Source of the DNA: a virus
DNA length: 64,000 nt
Strand: one strand, 5' to 3'
IMG/VR virus record: IMGVR_UViG_3300020045_017904
Span: 29,657-93,656 of that record
Both the position numbers and the translations under genes were made by a program. Below are positions 50,702 through 60,437 of this stretch, piece after piece (positions within the stretch are counted from its first letter, which is position 1; the number at the start of each line of letters is the position of its first letter). A model generated the notes under the pieces. That model made no database searches and was not told the DNA's origin. It was given only the letters and a program-made list of their open reading frames with translations.

Positions 50702-51298
50702 TTACAGATTCATTGCTTCTTTAATTTGCTGAATTCTTTCATCTGTTGAACCCTTTATTCGATAAAAATTTTTAATTTTATATCTATAGTGTCTAATAAC
50801 ATTATTAATAGTAAAATCAATTAAATCTCTATATTCTGCGTTTGTTTCCCTTACTCCATTATTTTCAATTTCTACACCTTCAGGAGAAACATAAAAAATA
50901 TAATCATATTCAGGGAGATACATACTTGCTAAATTACAAAAGGCTTCTTTTTCATAATAATTTATAGAAGGTGCAGCCTTACAATAACTCATTACATCTA
51001 TTAAACTTCTGTCTGATATAAAATTATTTTCCATTAGTTCAACACATCTATGAGCAAGAAAGACAGATTGTCCTTTTAGAGTAGAGTCAGTATTTAAAGG
51101 GATTCCTATATCCCTAATTTCTTTACTTTTTTCAGTAAAAATTTTGTGATTTTGAAATTCAGGAAGTTTTGAGAGTGCTTTTACTAATGTGGTTTTTCCT
51201 GAATTTTGTGTGCCACAAAACCCAATTCGGTTAGTTTTATTTATATTTTGTAAAACATTCTGTTTGCCCTCCAAAGGGGGTATTAGGTTTATATTCAT
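50702..51298 (-). CDS. P-loop nucleotide kinase / NadR-like AAA ATPase
   Basis: IGFCGTQNSGKTTL, ISDRSLID, YDYIFY, ENNGVR. Confidence 0.8.
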   Translation of the reverse strand: MNINLIPPLEGKQNVLQNINKTNRIGFCGTQNSGKTTLVKALSKLPEFQNHKIFTEKSKEIRDIGIPLNTDSTLKGQSVFLAHRCVELMENNFISDRSLIDVMSYCKAAPSINYYEKEAFCNLASMYLPEYDYIFYVSPEGVEIENNGVRETNAEYRDLIDFTINNVIRHYRYKIKNFYRIKGSTDERIQQIKEAMNL

Positions 51299-52316
51299 AT
51301 TTTCTTAGTTTTTTATGTATTTGTTGTTCTTCCTTAAATATATCATATAAATTACCTTCTTTTATTTTTATAATTTCTTTTTTATATGGAAACCCCTTCA
51401 TTCTGGTTTTTATATCTTTGATTGTAATTCCTATTTTATAAAAAGATTCAATATTATTATACAATTTTATAATGTATAATATACATGGAATTTTTATAAA
51501 GTCCAATTTATTATCTTCTACAATTCTATGGCAATAAATACCTTTTCTTCCTTCTAATGAAAAAAAACCTTCAATCATTGCTGTTGGGGTTGTGGTTTTG
51601 ATATCTTGATTATACTCTATTACGATTGGGGTTTTATTTCCTTGAAATTTTGTTTTGAATTTAAAATTTTTTATAAAATATTTTGGCTGTTTGAATTTTA
51701 AATATTTTATAAAAAAAGAGTGGGGATCAACAGCACTTCTGGTATCAAAACCACAACCCCTAATTAATGATGATGGAGACATTTTTACATCCCCAAATCT
51801 AGTACCAAATAACATTTTAATTCTATCTCCTTTATATTCATCTTTAAAGATTAGAGACTCATACATAATTGGGTTTTTTTCTTTTAAAATATTCTTAAAA
51901 AATTCTGTTTTATTTATTGCACTTTGTATATTATATGATTCTCCATTTAATAATGTACGAGGAGTTAATTTTACATCTCCATATTTAGTTCCAAATAAAA
52001 TTTTTATATTTGCTTTTTTATATTCTTCTTTAAATATTAATTCTGAATATATCCCTGGTTGTTTGAATTTTAATTCATCTTTAAATATTTGATTGCTTTT
52101 AGTTCTTGCTTTTCTAACATTGTCCCCCATACACCAAATACATCTTTGACCCCAAACATGATTATTAGGTTGTTGTTCATAAATTCCGTGTTTTGGACAT
52201 ATTATTTTTACTTTGATATTTGCATTAATATAATTAACTAATGAATAATCATAATAATTATTATGTTTTAAATTAGCTTTACTTATAAATTCTTCTTGGG
52301 TTTGTTTTCCAGGCAT
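51237..52316 (-). CDS. Homing endonuclease-like protein (DUF723-type repeats + GIY-YIG/T5orf172-type C-terminal domain)
   Basis: YDYSLV.Y....KV.IICP.HG...Q.P..H..G; LYII.....FYKIGIT...R; FGG.TECF. Confidence 0.75.
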   Translation of the reverse strand: MPGKQTQEEFISKANLKHNNYYDYSLVNYINANIKVKIICPKHGIYEQQPNNHVWGQRCIWCMGDNVRKARTKSNQIFKDELKFKQPGIYSELIFKEEYKKANIKILFGTKYGDVKLTPRTLLNGESYNIQSAINKTEFFKNILKEKNPIMYESLIFKDEYKGDRIKMLFGTRFGDVKMSPSSLIRGCGFDTRSAVDPHSFFIKYLKFKQPKYFIKNFKFKTKFQGNKTPIVIEYNQDIKTTTPTAMIEGFFSLEGRKGIYCHRIVEDNKLDFIKIPCILYIIKLYNNIESFYKIGITIKDIKTRMKGFPYKKEIIKIKEGNLYDIFKEEQQIHKKLRKYEYKPNTPFGGQTECFTKYK

Positions 52317-52415
52317 AATATGGTGTTGTTTTATCCATATTATAAATATATAAATATCAGGTAAAACTATATTATTTCACAATAATATATGCCTAAAGAC
52401 CTATATTTCCTAATT

Positions 52416-54377
52416 TTAATTAGAAATTTGTTGGGTAGAAACAACCCAACCAGAATGATTTAATATTTCTATTAATTTTTCTTGTTTAATTTGTTTTTGT
52501 TTTGATTCACCTTCATCATTTGAAAAAACAACATCATTGTTTAAATTTAGTTTGTTTTTGGAAAGTGTTATTTTATTATAACTTTTATTATATCTTGACC
52601 AATATGAATCTTCATTTCTAAAGTAACTACCTAAACTTATTGTTTTTGGTAAAGTTATAACAGAATTTACAGCTATATAATGTTGTAATTTTATTTTAAA
52701 TTGATCTTTTTCAAACTCTTTTTTTAATGATTTTAATTCACTAATATTAACTTTTTGGTTTTGAATTTCATTTACTTTTGTAAATTCTTCAAAGACATAA
52801 TTATATGTTTTTTCCTTCAAAAATTCTTCTGAAAGTTTACCTGCAAATATTTGTAGTTTTAAATTATTTATTGAGCTTTCTTTATCTCTTACATAATATC
52901 TGTCTTCTTTAGTTATTTTTAAAAAATTACTAAAATTTATACAAACATAATCTCCTTTTTTATTTTGTAATTTAATTATTTTAAAATCTTTACTCCAATC
53001 ATTGGAATATTTTTCTTGATCTACTGTATATTCTGTTTCTTTTAATTTATTTAAAAGAAAATTTCCTAAATCTACCAAAATTTGAATACATTGTTTATCG
53101 TATTCTTCATTTAATTTTTCAGATTTTTCAATACCACCATCCATATTCATAGCATATTCTTCTGGAGTCATTTCAATCAACTCTAAGAATGCCATTTCTG
53201 TTTCATCTTCTGTAAATGAACCATCTGCACGCTTTCCAACTACTTTGTGTTTTTTGCCTGGATTTGAAGGATTTATATTAGGATTTAAACTCCATTCTCT
53301 TGGTGAATTTGGTAATCTATGTTCAAGAGAACAACCAGCATTATCTAATAAAATACAATCAGAACCATCTGCTTTAGGTCTTGCTCCTCTTCCAACCATT
53401 TGTAAATATAAAACTAATGATTTTGTGGGACGAGCTAATTGAATTACTTTGGTTTCAGGTAAATCTACACCTTCTGTTAAGGTTTCAATACAAGTAATTA
53501 TTCGTAATTTATTTTCAGCAAATTGTTTTAATATTTTTGCTCTTTCATTTAAATTTGTATCAGAATCAATATGGTCTATACTTGTATAACCATTTTTTCT
53601 ATAAATTGCTTGAACATCTTTTGCATGTTTTTTATCAACACAAAAAATAATCATTTGACCTTCATTTCCTTCTTTTTTATATGAATCAACCAAAAACTGT
53701 AACATTTCTGGTTTACGCATATAATTACTTAATGATTGGATTTGATATTCATTTCCAGATGATTCAACTTCTTCATCAATTTCAGGAACAGGGGTATAAA
53801 ATACTTTATACTTTGCTAAGAAACCATTATTTTGGAGAGTTTGAATATCATCTCCTAAAACTAATGATTGAAAATATTTATTTAATGGTTTTCTATCTTT
53901 ACGATAAGGAGTTGCAGTTACACCTAATAATTTGTGGTTAGGATTTTTAACACCATATTTATCAAGTACATTTTCATAACTTGAAGTTCTAACATGGTGA
54001 GCTTCATCTATAAAAATTTTATCAAAACCCCTACTTAATATTGTTTCAATTCTTTTATCACGAGTAACAGTTCTAATTGAAGCAATTATAATATTTGAAT
54101 CAATATTTTCTTCAATATTACCAATTATAATTCCAACTTTTAATCCTTGTTTTTCAAGTCTTGATTTTAATTGAAATACTAATTCTCTTTTATGAACAAG
54201 AATTAATAATTTTTCTTTTTGATATTTTAATATTTTACTTTCAAGAATAAGACTTTTTCCTGAACCTGTAGGACTTTGGTACAAAACATTATTAGAGGTT
54301 TCCCAAGCTTCTTCTATTTTTTGATCATCTCTAACTTGGTATGGTCTTAAAATATTTAATATTGATTTTTCTTTCAT
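52416..54377 (-). CDS. Superfamily 2 DEAH helicase (RadD/YejH-like) with C-terminal extension
   Basis: LRPYQ, SPTGSGKS, DEAHH, TATPYR, LTEGVDLP, ARPTKS...LQMVGRGAR. Confidence 0.9.
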   Translation of the reverse strand: MKEKSILNILRPYQVRDDQKIEEAWETSNNVLYQSPTGSGKSLILESKILKYQKEKLLILVHKRELVFQLKSRLEKQGLKVGIIIGNIEENIDSNIIIASIRTVTRDKRIETILSRGFDKIFIDEAHHVRTSSYENVLDKYGVKNPNHKLLGVTATPYRKDRKPLNKYFQSLVLGDDIQTLQNNGFLAKYKVFYTPVPEIDEEVESSGNEYQIQSLSNYMRKPEMLQFLVDSYKKEGNEGQMIIFCVDKKHAKDVQAIYRKNGYTSIDHIDSDTNLNERAKILKQFAENKLRIITCIETLTEGVDLPETKVIQLARPTKSLVLYLQMVGRGARPKADGSDCILLDNAGCSLEHRLPNSPREWSLNPNINPSNPGKKHKVVGKRADGSFTEDETEMAFLELIEMTPEEYAMNMDGGIEKSEKLNEEYDKQCIQILVDLGNFLLNKLKETEYTVDQEKYSNDWSKDFKIIKLQNKKGDYVCINFSNFLKITKEDRYYVRDKESSINNLKLQIFAGKLSEEFLKEKTYNYVFEEFTKVNEIQNQKVNISELKSLKKEFEKDQFKIKLQHYIAVNSVITLPKTISLGSYFRNEDSYWSRYNKSYNKITLSKNKLNLNNDVVFSNDEGESKQKQIKQEKLIEILNHSGWVVSTQQISN

Positions 54378-54387
54378 AACTTTTATT

Positions 54388-54633
54388 TTAACTTAAATCA
54401 TCAACTACCACACCAACATTATTATTTCTTTCAGCTATTGCAATTCCAGTTGATACTGAAAAATTCTCTCTCCAATCTTCATAAACAGCATAATTATTAT
54501 CTTTAGCCCATTTATCAACAGCTTCATTAGATTCTGGATAAGATACTTTTAAATAACCTTGATTATCCCAATAACCAGGATAGATAATATCCAGTAAATC
54601 AGCTTTTGTAATAACCTTTATTTCATTTTTCAT
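54388..54633 (-). CDS. Hypothetical protein (start reassigned to ATG at 54633)
   Basis: The ATG lies 4 nt after a promoter -7 box. Confidence 0.6.
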   Translation of the reverse strand: MKNEIKVITKADLLDIIYPGYWDNQGYLKVSYPESNEAVDKWAKDNNYAVYEDWRENFSVSTGIAIAERNNNVGVVVDDLS

Positions 54634-54637
54634 GTCG

Positions 54638-54669
54638 TAAATATACGACAAGGGGCTCAGGAAACCAAA
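54638..54669 (-). promoter_or_regulatory. Bacteroidota-type -33/-7 promoter, probably leaderless
   Basis: TTTGG-N19-TATATTTA-CGAC-ATG. Confidence 0.7.
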
Positions 54670-55998
54670 TTAGTTGTTTAATATTGATTCAGCTATATAT
54701 AAACCATGGCAAGCACTAATTACAATTCCACGAGCTGATAGGGAATCTCCTGCAAAATGAATATTTGGATAATTAATTAATGAAAGATTTTTGTGATTTG
54801 TAATTACTTCTTCAGATAAATATTTTACTTCAGGGATATAAATTCCATAATCATCATCAAATTGGAAAATTTTATTTAAATCTTCAATATATTTTTCTAT
54901 AATTTCAAAATATCCTTGAAATTCTTTTCTAACATCCATTAATCCTATTTCATCAATTTGTGTTACATTAATCCTATTTCCTTCTGCTGTTATAGATGGA
55001 TTGCGAGTAAAATTGGGGGAGAAATATAAACCATTTTTATGTTGAGAAAATTGTAATTTACTTACCAAATTCCTTGACCATTCAAATGGATTATCAATTC
55101 CTTTTATTTCCATAATAATACCAAAGTTGGTCATATTATTTCTAAACTCTTCTGACTTTTTTGCATGTCCATTATAGCTAATATCTCCATAAGTTTCTTC
55201 AACTGCAACATATGCCTTATCATTATTTACACAAAAACTCCTTAAACTAATTTTATCATTTGGTTTTTGGTAAAGTTTAAAATCATAAGCTAAATCAATT
55301 AATTTTTGAAAATATTTCTGTGGAGCTTCAAATCTAACTCCTATTTGAATTGATTTATTTTCCTTTGGAAGATTATATTCTTCTATTAATTTTTGAGTAA
55401 AATCAATACCTGATTTACCTGTAGCATAAATAAGTTTATCATATTGTCTTTCAAACCATAATTCTTGATCTACATATTTTCCTAATACTCTTTGATTAAT
55501 AAAATCAATACTTGTTATTTCAACATCAAAATTAAATAAAATTCCATTTTCCAATAACCATTCATACCAATTTTTTGCTGTAACATCAAGATAATCTGTT
55601 CCTACATGCCAACAAGGAAATAATCTTAAACTAAAATATGGTTTAATAAAATCAGGTTCTTCTGTTGGTTCTGATTTTATTATTTTATCTGGCTCGGGAT
55701 GGAATCTTTTTAACATTTCTATAGTTTCATCCATTAATTGATATGCTTTTTCTTCCCCACAATATTTTGATAATTGTCCTCCTACATGAGTTGATCTCGT
55801 ATATTTTCCATCACTTTTCATTCCACATCCTGCGAACCCCTTCATTAATTCCGTATCTGGTCTTTCATATGGGTTTTTTCCAGCATCTATTATTGTAATT
55901 AAATTTCCAGGATATCCTCCATCTATTAATTTGGTGGCAGCATGGATACTAACAACTCCTGATCCTACTATTACTATTTTATCTTTATATTCCTTCAT
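54670..55998 (-). CDS. FAD/NAD(P)-dependent oxidoreductase
   Basis: Rossmann IVIVGSG; GFAGCG..SDGK; HVGTD; ATGKSG; IGVRFE; RSFC; PEVKY; FAGD....RGI. Confidence 0.85.
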   Translation of the reverse strand: MKEYKDKIVIVGSGVVSIHAATKLIDGGYPGNLITIIDAGKNPYERPDTELMKGFAGCGMKSDGKYTRSTHVGGQLSKYCGEEKAYQLMDETIEMLKRFHPEPDKIIKSEPTEEPDFIKPYFSLRLFPCWHVGTDYLDVTAKNWYEWLLENGILFNFDVEITSIDFINQRVLGKYVDQELWFERQYDKLIYATGKSGIDFTQKLIEEYNLPKENKSIQIGVRFEAPQKYFQKLIDLAYDFKLYQKPNDKISLRSFCVNNDKAYVAVEETYGDISYNGHAKKSEEFRNNMTNFGIIMEIKGIDNPFEWSRNLVSKLQFSQHKNGLYFSPNFTRNPSITAEGNRINVTQIDEIGLMDVRKEFQGYFEIIEKYIEDLNKIFQFDDDYGIYIPEVKYLSEEVITNHKNLSLINYPNIHFAGDSLSARGIVISACHGLYIAESILNN

Positions 55999-56335
55999 AT
56001 TTAATTATTTTATATGGTTTATTATATTTTTCACAAAGTGAAATACTATGTTTGGTTCCTTTTGAAACTCCATCCCAAAAGGCAATACAATAATCACAAT
56101 TTTTTATTATATCTTCATTACGAATAAAACCTGCTCTTTTTCCAAATTTATCCCAATCAGCTAAAAATATGTTTGTTTTTATTTTGTTTTCTTTTGCCCA
56201 TTTTTCTCCTAAAATATCTGCTCCTCTACATCCACCAGACACAACTTGGGTTATTTTCAATTTATATTTTTCTAAAGTTTCTTTTAAAAGATTGTAATTA
56301 TTAAAATCTCTACTCCCTATTATCGCTAGGTTCAT
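55985..56335 (-). CDS. SLOG superfamily (YspA/DUF2493-like) protein
   Basis: IIGSRDF, VSGGCRGAD, ADWDKFGKRAGFIRN, AFWDG.SKGT. Confidence 0.85.
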   Translation of the reverse strand: MNLAIIGSRDFNNYNLLKETLEKYKLKITQVVSGGCRGADILGEKWAKENKIKTNIFLADWDKFGKRAGFIRNEDIIKNCDYCIAFWDGVSKGTKHSISLCEKYNKPYKIIKYEGI

Positions 56336-56546
56336 ATTTTTCTAATTTATCAAAATATTCTCCAGAACATAATTTTCCAAACAAATATTCATATATTAAT
56401 TCAAAATGAGCTATATCATGAGTTTCACTTATTTCAGTAATTGTTATAAAAGGATTAGGCCCACAATCACTTAATTCATGGTCTTCTAAATAATATTTTG
56501 GAGTTTTAAATTTATCTCCTATTTTAATATTATCTCTATTATACAT
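56310..56546 (-). CDS. Hypothetical protein
   Basis: Coupled small ORF; IKIGDK beta-barrel-like start. Confidence 0.5.
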   Translation of the reverse strand: MYNRDNIKIGDKFKTPKYYLEDHELSDCGPNPFITITEISETHDIAHFELIYEYLFGKLCSGEYFDKLEKYEPSDNRE

Positions 56547-56908
56547 TATTTTTTTGATAATCTTTCATGAATCCTTTGTCTAATAAGTTGTTTTGCATTT
56601 TCTGTAGGTTCATAATCATTCATTAGTTGTTGTGGAACTTTGTCCCAAGCATTACCATAATATTCTACATTAAACCCTCTTTTAATACATTCATTATAAA
56701 TCTTATTATATCTATTTTTTAGATATTGCATTTTATTATAGAAAAAAGATACATGACCTTTTCCCAATGTAAATTCTAGAGGAATATTTTTTAAATTATA
56801 TCTACCCCGAGATATACAATTAGGGACCCTTTTAATCTCCCTATGTTCACTCAATAAATGTCTTGTACTTAATTCCTCAACTGGAAATCCTGTATTTATG
56901 CGTGTCAT
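56546..56908 (-). CDS. denV: Pyrimidine-dimer DNA glycosylase / endonuclease V
   Basis: MTRIN...EL...HL.SE.REI.RV; IP..FTLG.GHV.FFYNK..YL..R; start set at MTRIN as in T4 DenV. Confidence 0.92.
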   Translation of the reverse strand: MTRINTGFPVEELSTRHLLSEHREIKRVPNCISRGRYNLKNIPLEFTLGKGHVSFFYNKMQYLKNRYNKIYNECIKRGFNVEYYGNAWDKVPQQLMNDYEPTENAKQLIRQRIHERLSKK

Positions 56909-56912
56909 ACGC

Positions 56913-56944
56913 GAAATATACAACTTTTATTTGTCAGAATCAAC
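56913..56944 (-). promoter_or_regulatory. Variant -33/-7 promoter for denV, probably leaderless
   Basis: GTTGA-N19-TATATTTC-GCGT-ATG; same spacing as the other copies. Confidence 0.5.
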
Positions 56945-57250
56945 AGTTTCTTGATTTTCTTCTTTAGTTTGGGTTGGGATTAACTTATTTTTTTCTATTT
57001 GTTTGATAATATAACCCGCTACAAAAAATTGAATAGAAGCCCAAATAGCAAAAGCATATATATCCATTGTTGACAATTTAGATATCAAATAAGTTATCAT
57101 ACCCCATTCAGCAACAATAAATCCGAATCCAGATTCTATTCTTTTCTTTGAAAAATATGAAGGTTCAATGGAATATATTTTAATGATTTCTTTTATAAAC
57201 CATTTTATATTTTCCCATCCAAAAAATAATTTTTTATTAAATATTGACAT
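56927..57250 (-). CDS. Two-TM membrane protein, holin-like
   Basis: Adjacent to the endolysin; SKKR followed by two hydrophobic helices and a charged tail. Confidence 0.55.
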   Translation of the reverse strand: MSIFNKKLFFGWENIKWFIKEIIKIYSIEPSYFSKKRIESGFGFIVAEWGMITYLISKLSTMDIYAFAIWASIQFFVAGYIIKQIEKNKLIPTQTKEENQETVDSDK

Positions 57251-57737
57251 AGCTTGTTCCAGGTATAAAATCTTTTTTATTATATTTTGCTAATAATTGT
57301 TGCCAGGTATAACCAAATACTTTTTGGAAATGTGGAAAGTCCCATTTTTTACCATTTGAAATAAATCCATTTGTGTATCCTTGTTTGATAAAGAAATTAG
57401 TTAATTCAGTCCAATCAGCTATTGAATCTTTATCTCCATCACGTTTCATGTCCCAAGAAACTTCTTCGAATTTTCCATCCCCATCTTTATCGTAAAGTAA
57501 AACAATATCAAAAGCTAAACCATAATTATGATAACTTTGGCCTGCTTTTGCTTTAGTCACAACTGGGCGTTTATTGAATAACATCGTTTGTTCTTCAAAA
57601 GAGCGAAATACATAACTAAATCTTAATCTACATCCTTTTCCTAATAAATTATTAGCAGCAATATAATCTGCTTCAAGTTGTTGTCTTAGTTTTGGGTGTG
57701 CTCCTGTTCTTATTCTATCTATTGATATTTGGTCCAT
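57237..57737 (-). CDS. Endolysin, M15 family L-Ala-D-Glu peptidase
   Basis: RSFEEQ..L, VTKAKAGQSYHNYGLAFD, D.PHFQ. Confidence 0.88.
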   Translation of the reverse strand: MDQISIDRIRTGAHPKLRQQLEADYIAANNLLGKGCRLRFSYVFRSFEEQTMLFNKRPVVTKAKAGQSYHNYGLAFDIVLLYDKDGDGKFEEVSWDMKRDGDKDSIADWTELTNFFIKQGYTNGFISNGKKWDFPHFQKVFGYTWQQLLAKYNKKDFIPGTSYVNI

Positions 57738-57789
57738 ATCAATAAATATGTAAGTGTTAGTTTTCTATTTAGAGGATTGGGATTAAAAT

Positions 57790-58386
57790 CTATTTTTTTG
57801 AAAAAGATTTCGTAAAATCATAATATGCAACTCTGTTTTTTGGAGTCTTATCAAGAGTAAATTCCATATCATTTTTTAATCTTGTAATAATAATTTCTTC
57901 ATCATTTACAAAATCTATTTGAATTTCTTCTCCTTGTCTTATTGTTATATATTCTAAGGGTCCTAATTGAATTTTATAATCTTTATTAGCAATTAATATA
58001 TCTCCTTCTTTAACTCCAAAACCAACATCTTCTTTTAAAAATGTTTCTAATATCAACCCTCCACCCTTAACTTTATATTTTCCAAAATCAGTATTTTCAA
58101 ATAATTTTTTATCTTCACCTTTAAGTTCAAGAATTCCTTTATCAAATAATATTCTTGCTTCTCTAATTAATTTTGGATTACCAATACGTTTAATTTCGTT
58201 TATTAACGGTTTTTTAGCGTCTATTAACGCTCTAAATTGTTCAGATATAGGGTACGTATGTTTTAATGATTCATTGAGTAAAGACACAGAATTGCCACAG
58301 TGATTGCATCCGCAAGAGCAAGATTTTTTCTTGGGTTTATAATTTTGTAAGGTTTCTTTAATTATTTTATCTAATTTTGAATTCAT
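57790..58386 (-). CDS. Hypothetical protein (CSCGC..C motif; putative head-associated)
   Basis: LDKIIKETL N-terminus; LLNE and FLKE sites. Confidence 0.55.
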   Translation of the reverse strand: MNSKLDKIIKETLQNYKPKKKSCSCGCNHCGNSVSLLNESLKHTYPISEQFRALIDAKKPLINEIKRIGNPKLIREARILFDKGILELKGEDKKLFENTDFGKYKVKGGGLILETFLKEDVGFGVKEGDILIANKDYKIQLGPLEYITIRQGEEIQIDFVNDEEIIITRLKNDMEFTLDKTPKNRVAYYDFTKSFSKK

Positions 58387-58399
58387 TTGTTATAAATAT

Positions 58400-59536
58400 T
58401 TAACCCATTATGTCCTTATAATCTAGTTCTAAAACATTTGCTTTTCCACCATAACCTTTTGCTAAATTTTCAGGAAATGCCCTAAAATCAACTCCATATG
58501 CTTTACCAGAATGACGAGCAAACAACATTATTGGTAATAAATTTGCTTTTTCTATTTCATCAAAATCTGTATAAATAGAAGTACAAGTTATTGTTAATAA
58601 TCCTTCATTAAATTTGAAATCAGAGTTATTAAATGTTTTACCAACTATTATGGGTCTTGGGTTTTCACTTCCAAATATAATATTTTCAACTTCATCGTGT
58701 GGAAAATCATTAATAATAACTTTTGAATAAGGTTTATTATTATTAGGGTTTAACATTATATATTTACCCTTTAGTTGAGGGTCAGGCTCAAAATTAAGGT
58801 TTTGGATTTCATTTTTTAATGCTTTTTTTATAAAGGCATCAAATACCATTCCATATCTTTTTTTACTTGATTCCCACCTAAATCCTCCATCTTTTTTTAT
58901 TGAAATATTTGCAATAATATCATTTGAAGAATTTAATAATCTTAAATCTGATTTATCATAACCTGTTGCTCCTGATTTTGAAGAATCAACACAAACAGAT
59001 ACATTCTCATATGTAATATTTTTGTTTTTGCCGTGAAAAATTATTTTAATTGAACCTTTATTTTCTATAATAGCTTCATTAATTTTATCAATTATTATTT
59101 GCTCATTTTCTTTACCATGACTTAGTCCACCTTGTATTTCTAAAGGTTTGATATAAATAGTTATTTCATTTTTGTATTTTATTCTACCCAATGAACTACT
59201 ACCTTCTCCTTCATACTCAAAATCAGGTAATTCAATTATATCATTTAATAATTGTTGGCGAGAAAATTTGAAGGATTTTGGAATCAATAATTTAAATGTT
59301 TTTCCAGATTGAAAAACAAAATTATCATCTTCTAGATTATATTTTTCTTTTAAAATATTTATTGCTTCTAAGGCAACAGCATTGTTTGATTCTTTCAAAT
59401 TGATATCTAATTTTTCAAATATTTGTTCTAATATTAATATATCTTCTCGATCAGATAAATCAGGATAACCCTTTGGAAATTTATATGAATATTTGTTTAG
59501 AAACTGATATAATATATTTTCATTAATTAAACTCAT
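58400..59536 (-). CDS. Putative PD-(D/E)xK nuclease with N-terminal leader domain
   Basis: G.ENE...KSD.........ISIKK resembles a restriction-endonuclease fold; the leader ends INLKE. Confidence 0.5.
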   Translation of the reverse strand: MSLINENILYQFLNKYSYKFPKGYPDLSDREDILILEQIFEKLDINLKESNNAVALEAINILKEKYNLEDDNFVFQSGKTFKLLIPKSFKFSRQQLLNDIIELPDFEYEGEGSSSLGRIKYKNEITIYIKPLEIQGGLSHGKENEQIIIDKINEAIIENKGSIKIIFHGKNKNITYENVSVCVDSSKSGATGYDKSDLRLLNSSNDIIANISIKKDGGFRWESSKKRYGMVFDAFIKKALKNEIQNLNFEPDPQLKGKYIMLNPNNNKPYSKVIINDFPHDEVENIIFGSENPRPIIVGKTFNNSDFKFNEGLLTITCTSIYTDFDEIEKANLLPIMLFARHSGKAYGVDFRAFPENLAKGYGGKANVLELDYKDIMG

Positions 59537-59930
59537 CTTTGCCTGTTATTTTTATTCCATTATAATTATTGGAAATATAAGAAATAATTTTTTTATTAAT
59601 ATTAAAATCTTGTTCTAATAATTCATTATTGTTTCTTGATTCAATTTCTTTAACAATACTTTTTAAAAAATTAGTTTCAATACTATCATCTATAATCTTA
59701 GATAAATCATCATCAATATTTAATTTATCTAACCATGTATTTGTTTTCTTTTTATCAGATTTTTGGAATTCTGTTTTTACAAACTCAAATGTTGAAGAAA
59801 ATGTGTTTGCAAATGGAATAAAATCAACAATTATTCCTAATAATAATTTGAATATTCGTTTCTTTTTTCTTTTAAAAGAAACAATTTTAATTAACTTTTT
59901 AAGATCCCCATAGGTTTCTAATTTGTTCAT
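59523..59930 (-). CDS. Hypothetical protein
   Basis: L.TYGDL...; lies downstream of a promoter motif. Confidence 0.6.
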   Translation of the reverse strand: MNKLETYGDLKKLIKIVSFKRKKKRIFKLLLGIIVDFIPFANTFSSTFEFVKTEFQKSDKKKTNTWLDKLNIDDDLSKIIDDSIETNFLKSIVKEIESRNNNELLEQDFNINKKIISYISNNYNGIKITGKDEFN

Positions 59931-59948
59931 AACAGTTGATTTACTTCG

Positions 59949-59980
59949 TAAATATAAGTAAATTAGTTATGTTAACCAAA
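59949..59980 (-). promoter_or_regulatory. Bacteroidota-type -33/-7 promoter
   Basis: TTTGG-N19-TATATTTACG. Confidence 0.65.
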
Positions 59981-59981
59981 T

Positions 59982-60434
59982 TTATTCTTCGGGTTCTTCT
60001 TCTTTTTCTGGTTCTACTTCTGTTTTTTCAACTTCATTTTGACCATAATAAAGTAATCTTGATATTGATTCTATTGCTCTACCTTGTTCTCCTACATTTT
60101 TTAAATAATATTTTTTACCTGAGGATTGTGCTATCCAACTTCTATTTGAAAAAATCAAATAAAAAATTTCATCATTATTAAATACTATTCTAAATGTGGT
60201 TGGTAGTGGAGCAACCCATTGAATATCTTTTATAAATAAATCATATTGATTTGTTAGTAATTCAATTATTACTTGTTTTAATTCAGGAAATTTTGTTAGG
60301 ATTGGAAATTTTTCATAATCAATAGTTATGCTTTGTTCTATTGGTTCATCAAGACTTATTTCAGAAGTAAATATTTTATTATATACTTGTGGTATTATGT
60401 TTTTAATTCTATCCTTAAGTTCTTGAGGTTTCAT
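59982..60434 (-). CDS. Hypothetical, putative head-associated protein
   Basis: Begins MKPQELKDRIKNII; P.PTTFRI motif; acidic tail. Confidence 0.6.
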   Translation of the reverse strand: MKPQELKDRIKNIIPQVYNKIFTSEISLDEPIEQSITIDYEKFPILTKFPELKQVIIELLTNQYDLFIKDIQWVAPLPTTFRIVFNNDEIFYLIFSNRSWIAQSSGKKYYLKNVGEQGRAIESISRLLYYGQNEVEKTEVEPEKEEEPEE

Positions 60435-60437
60435 TAA

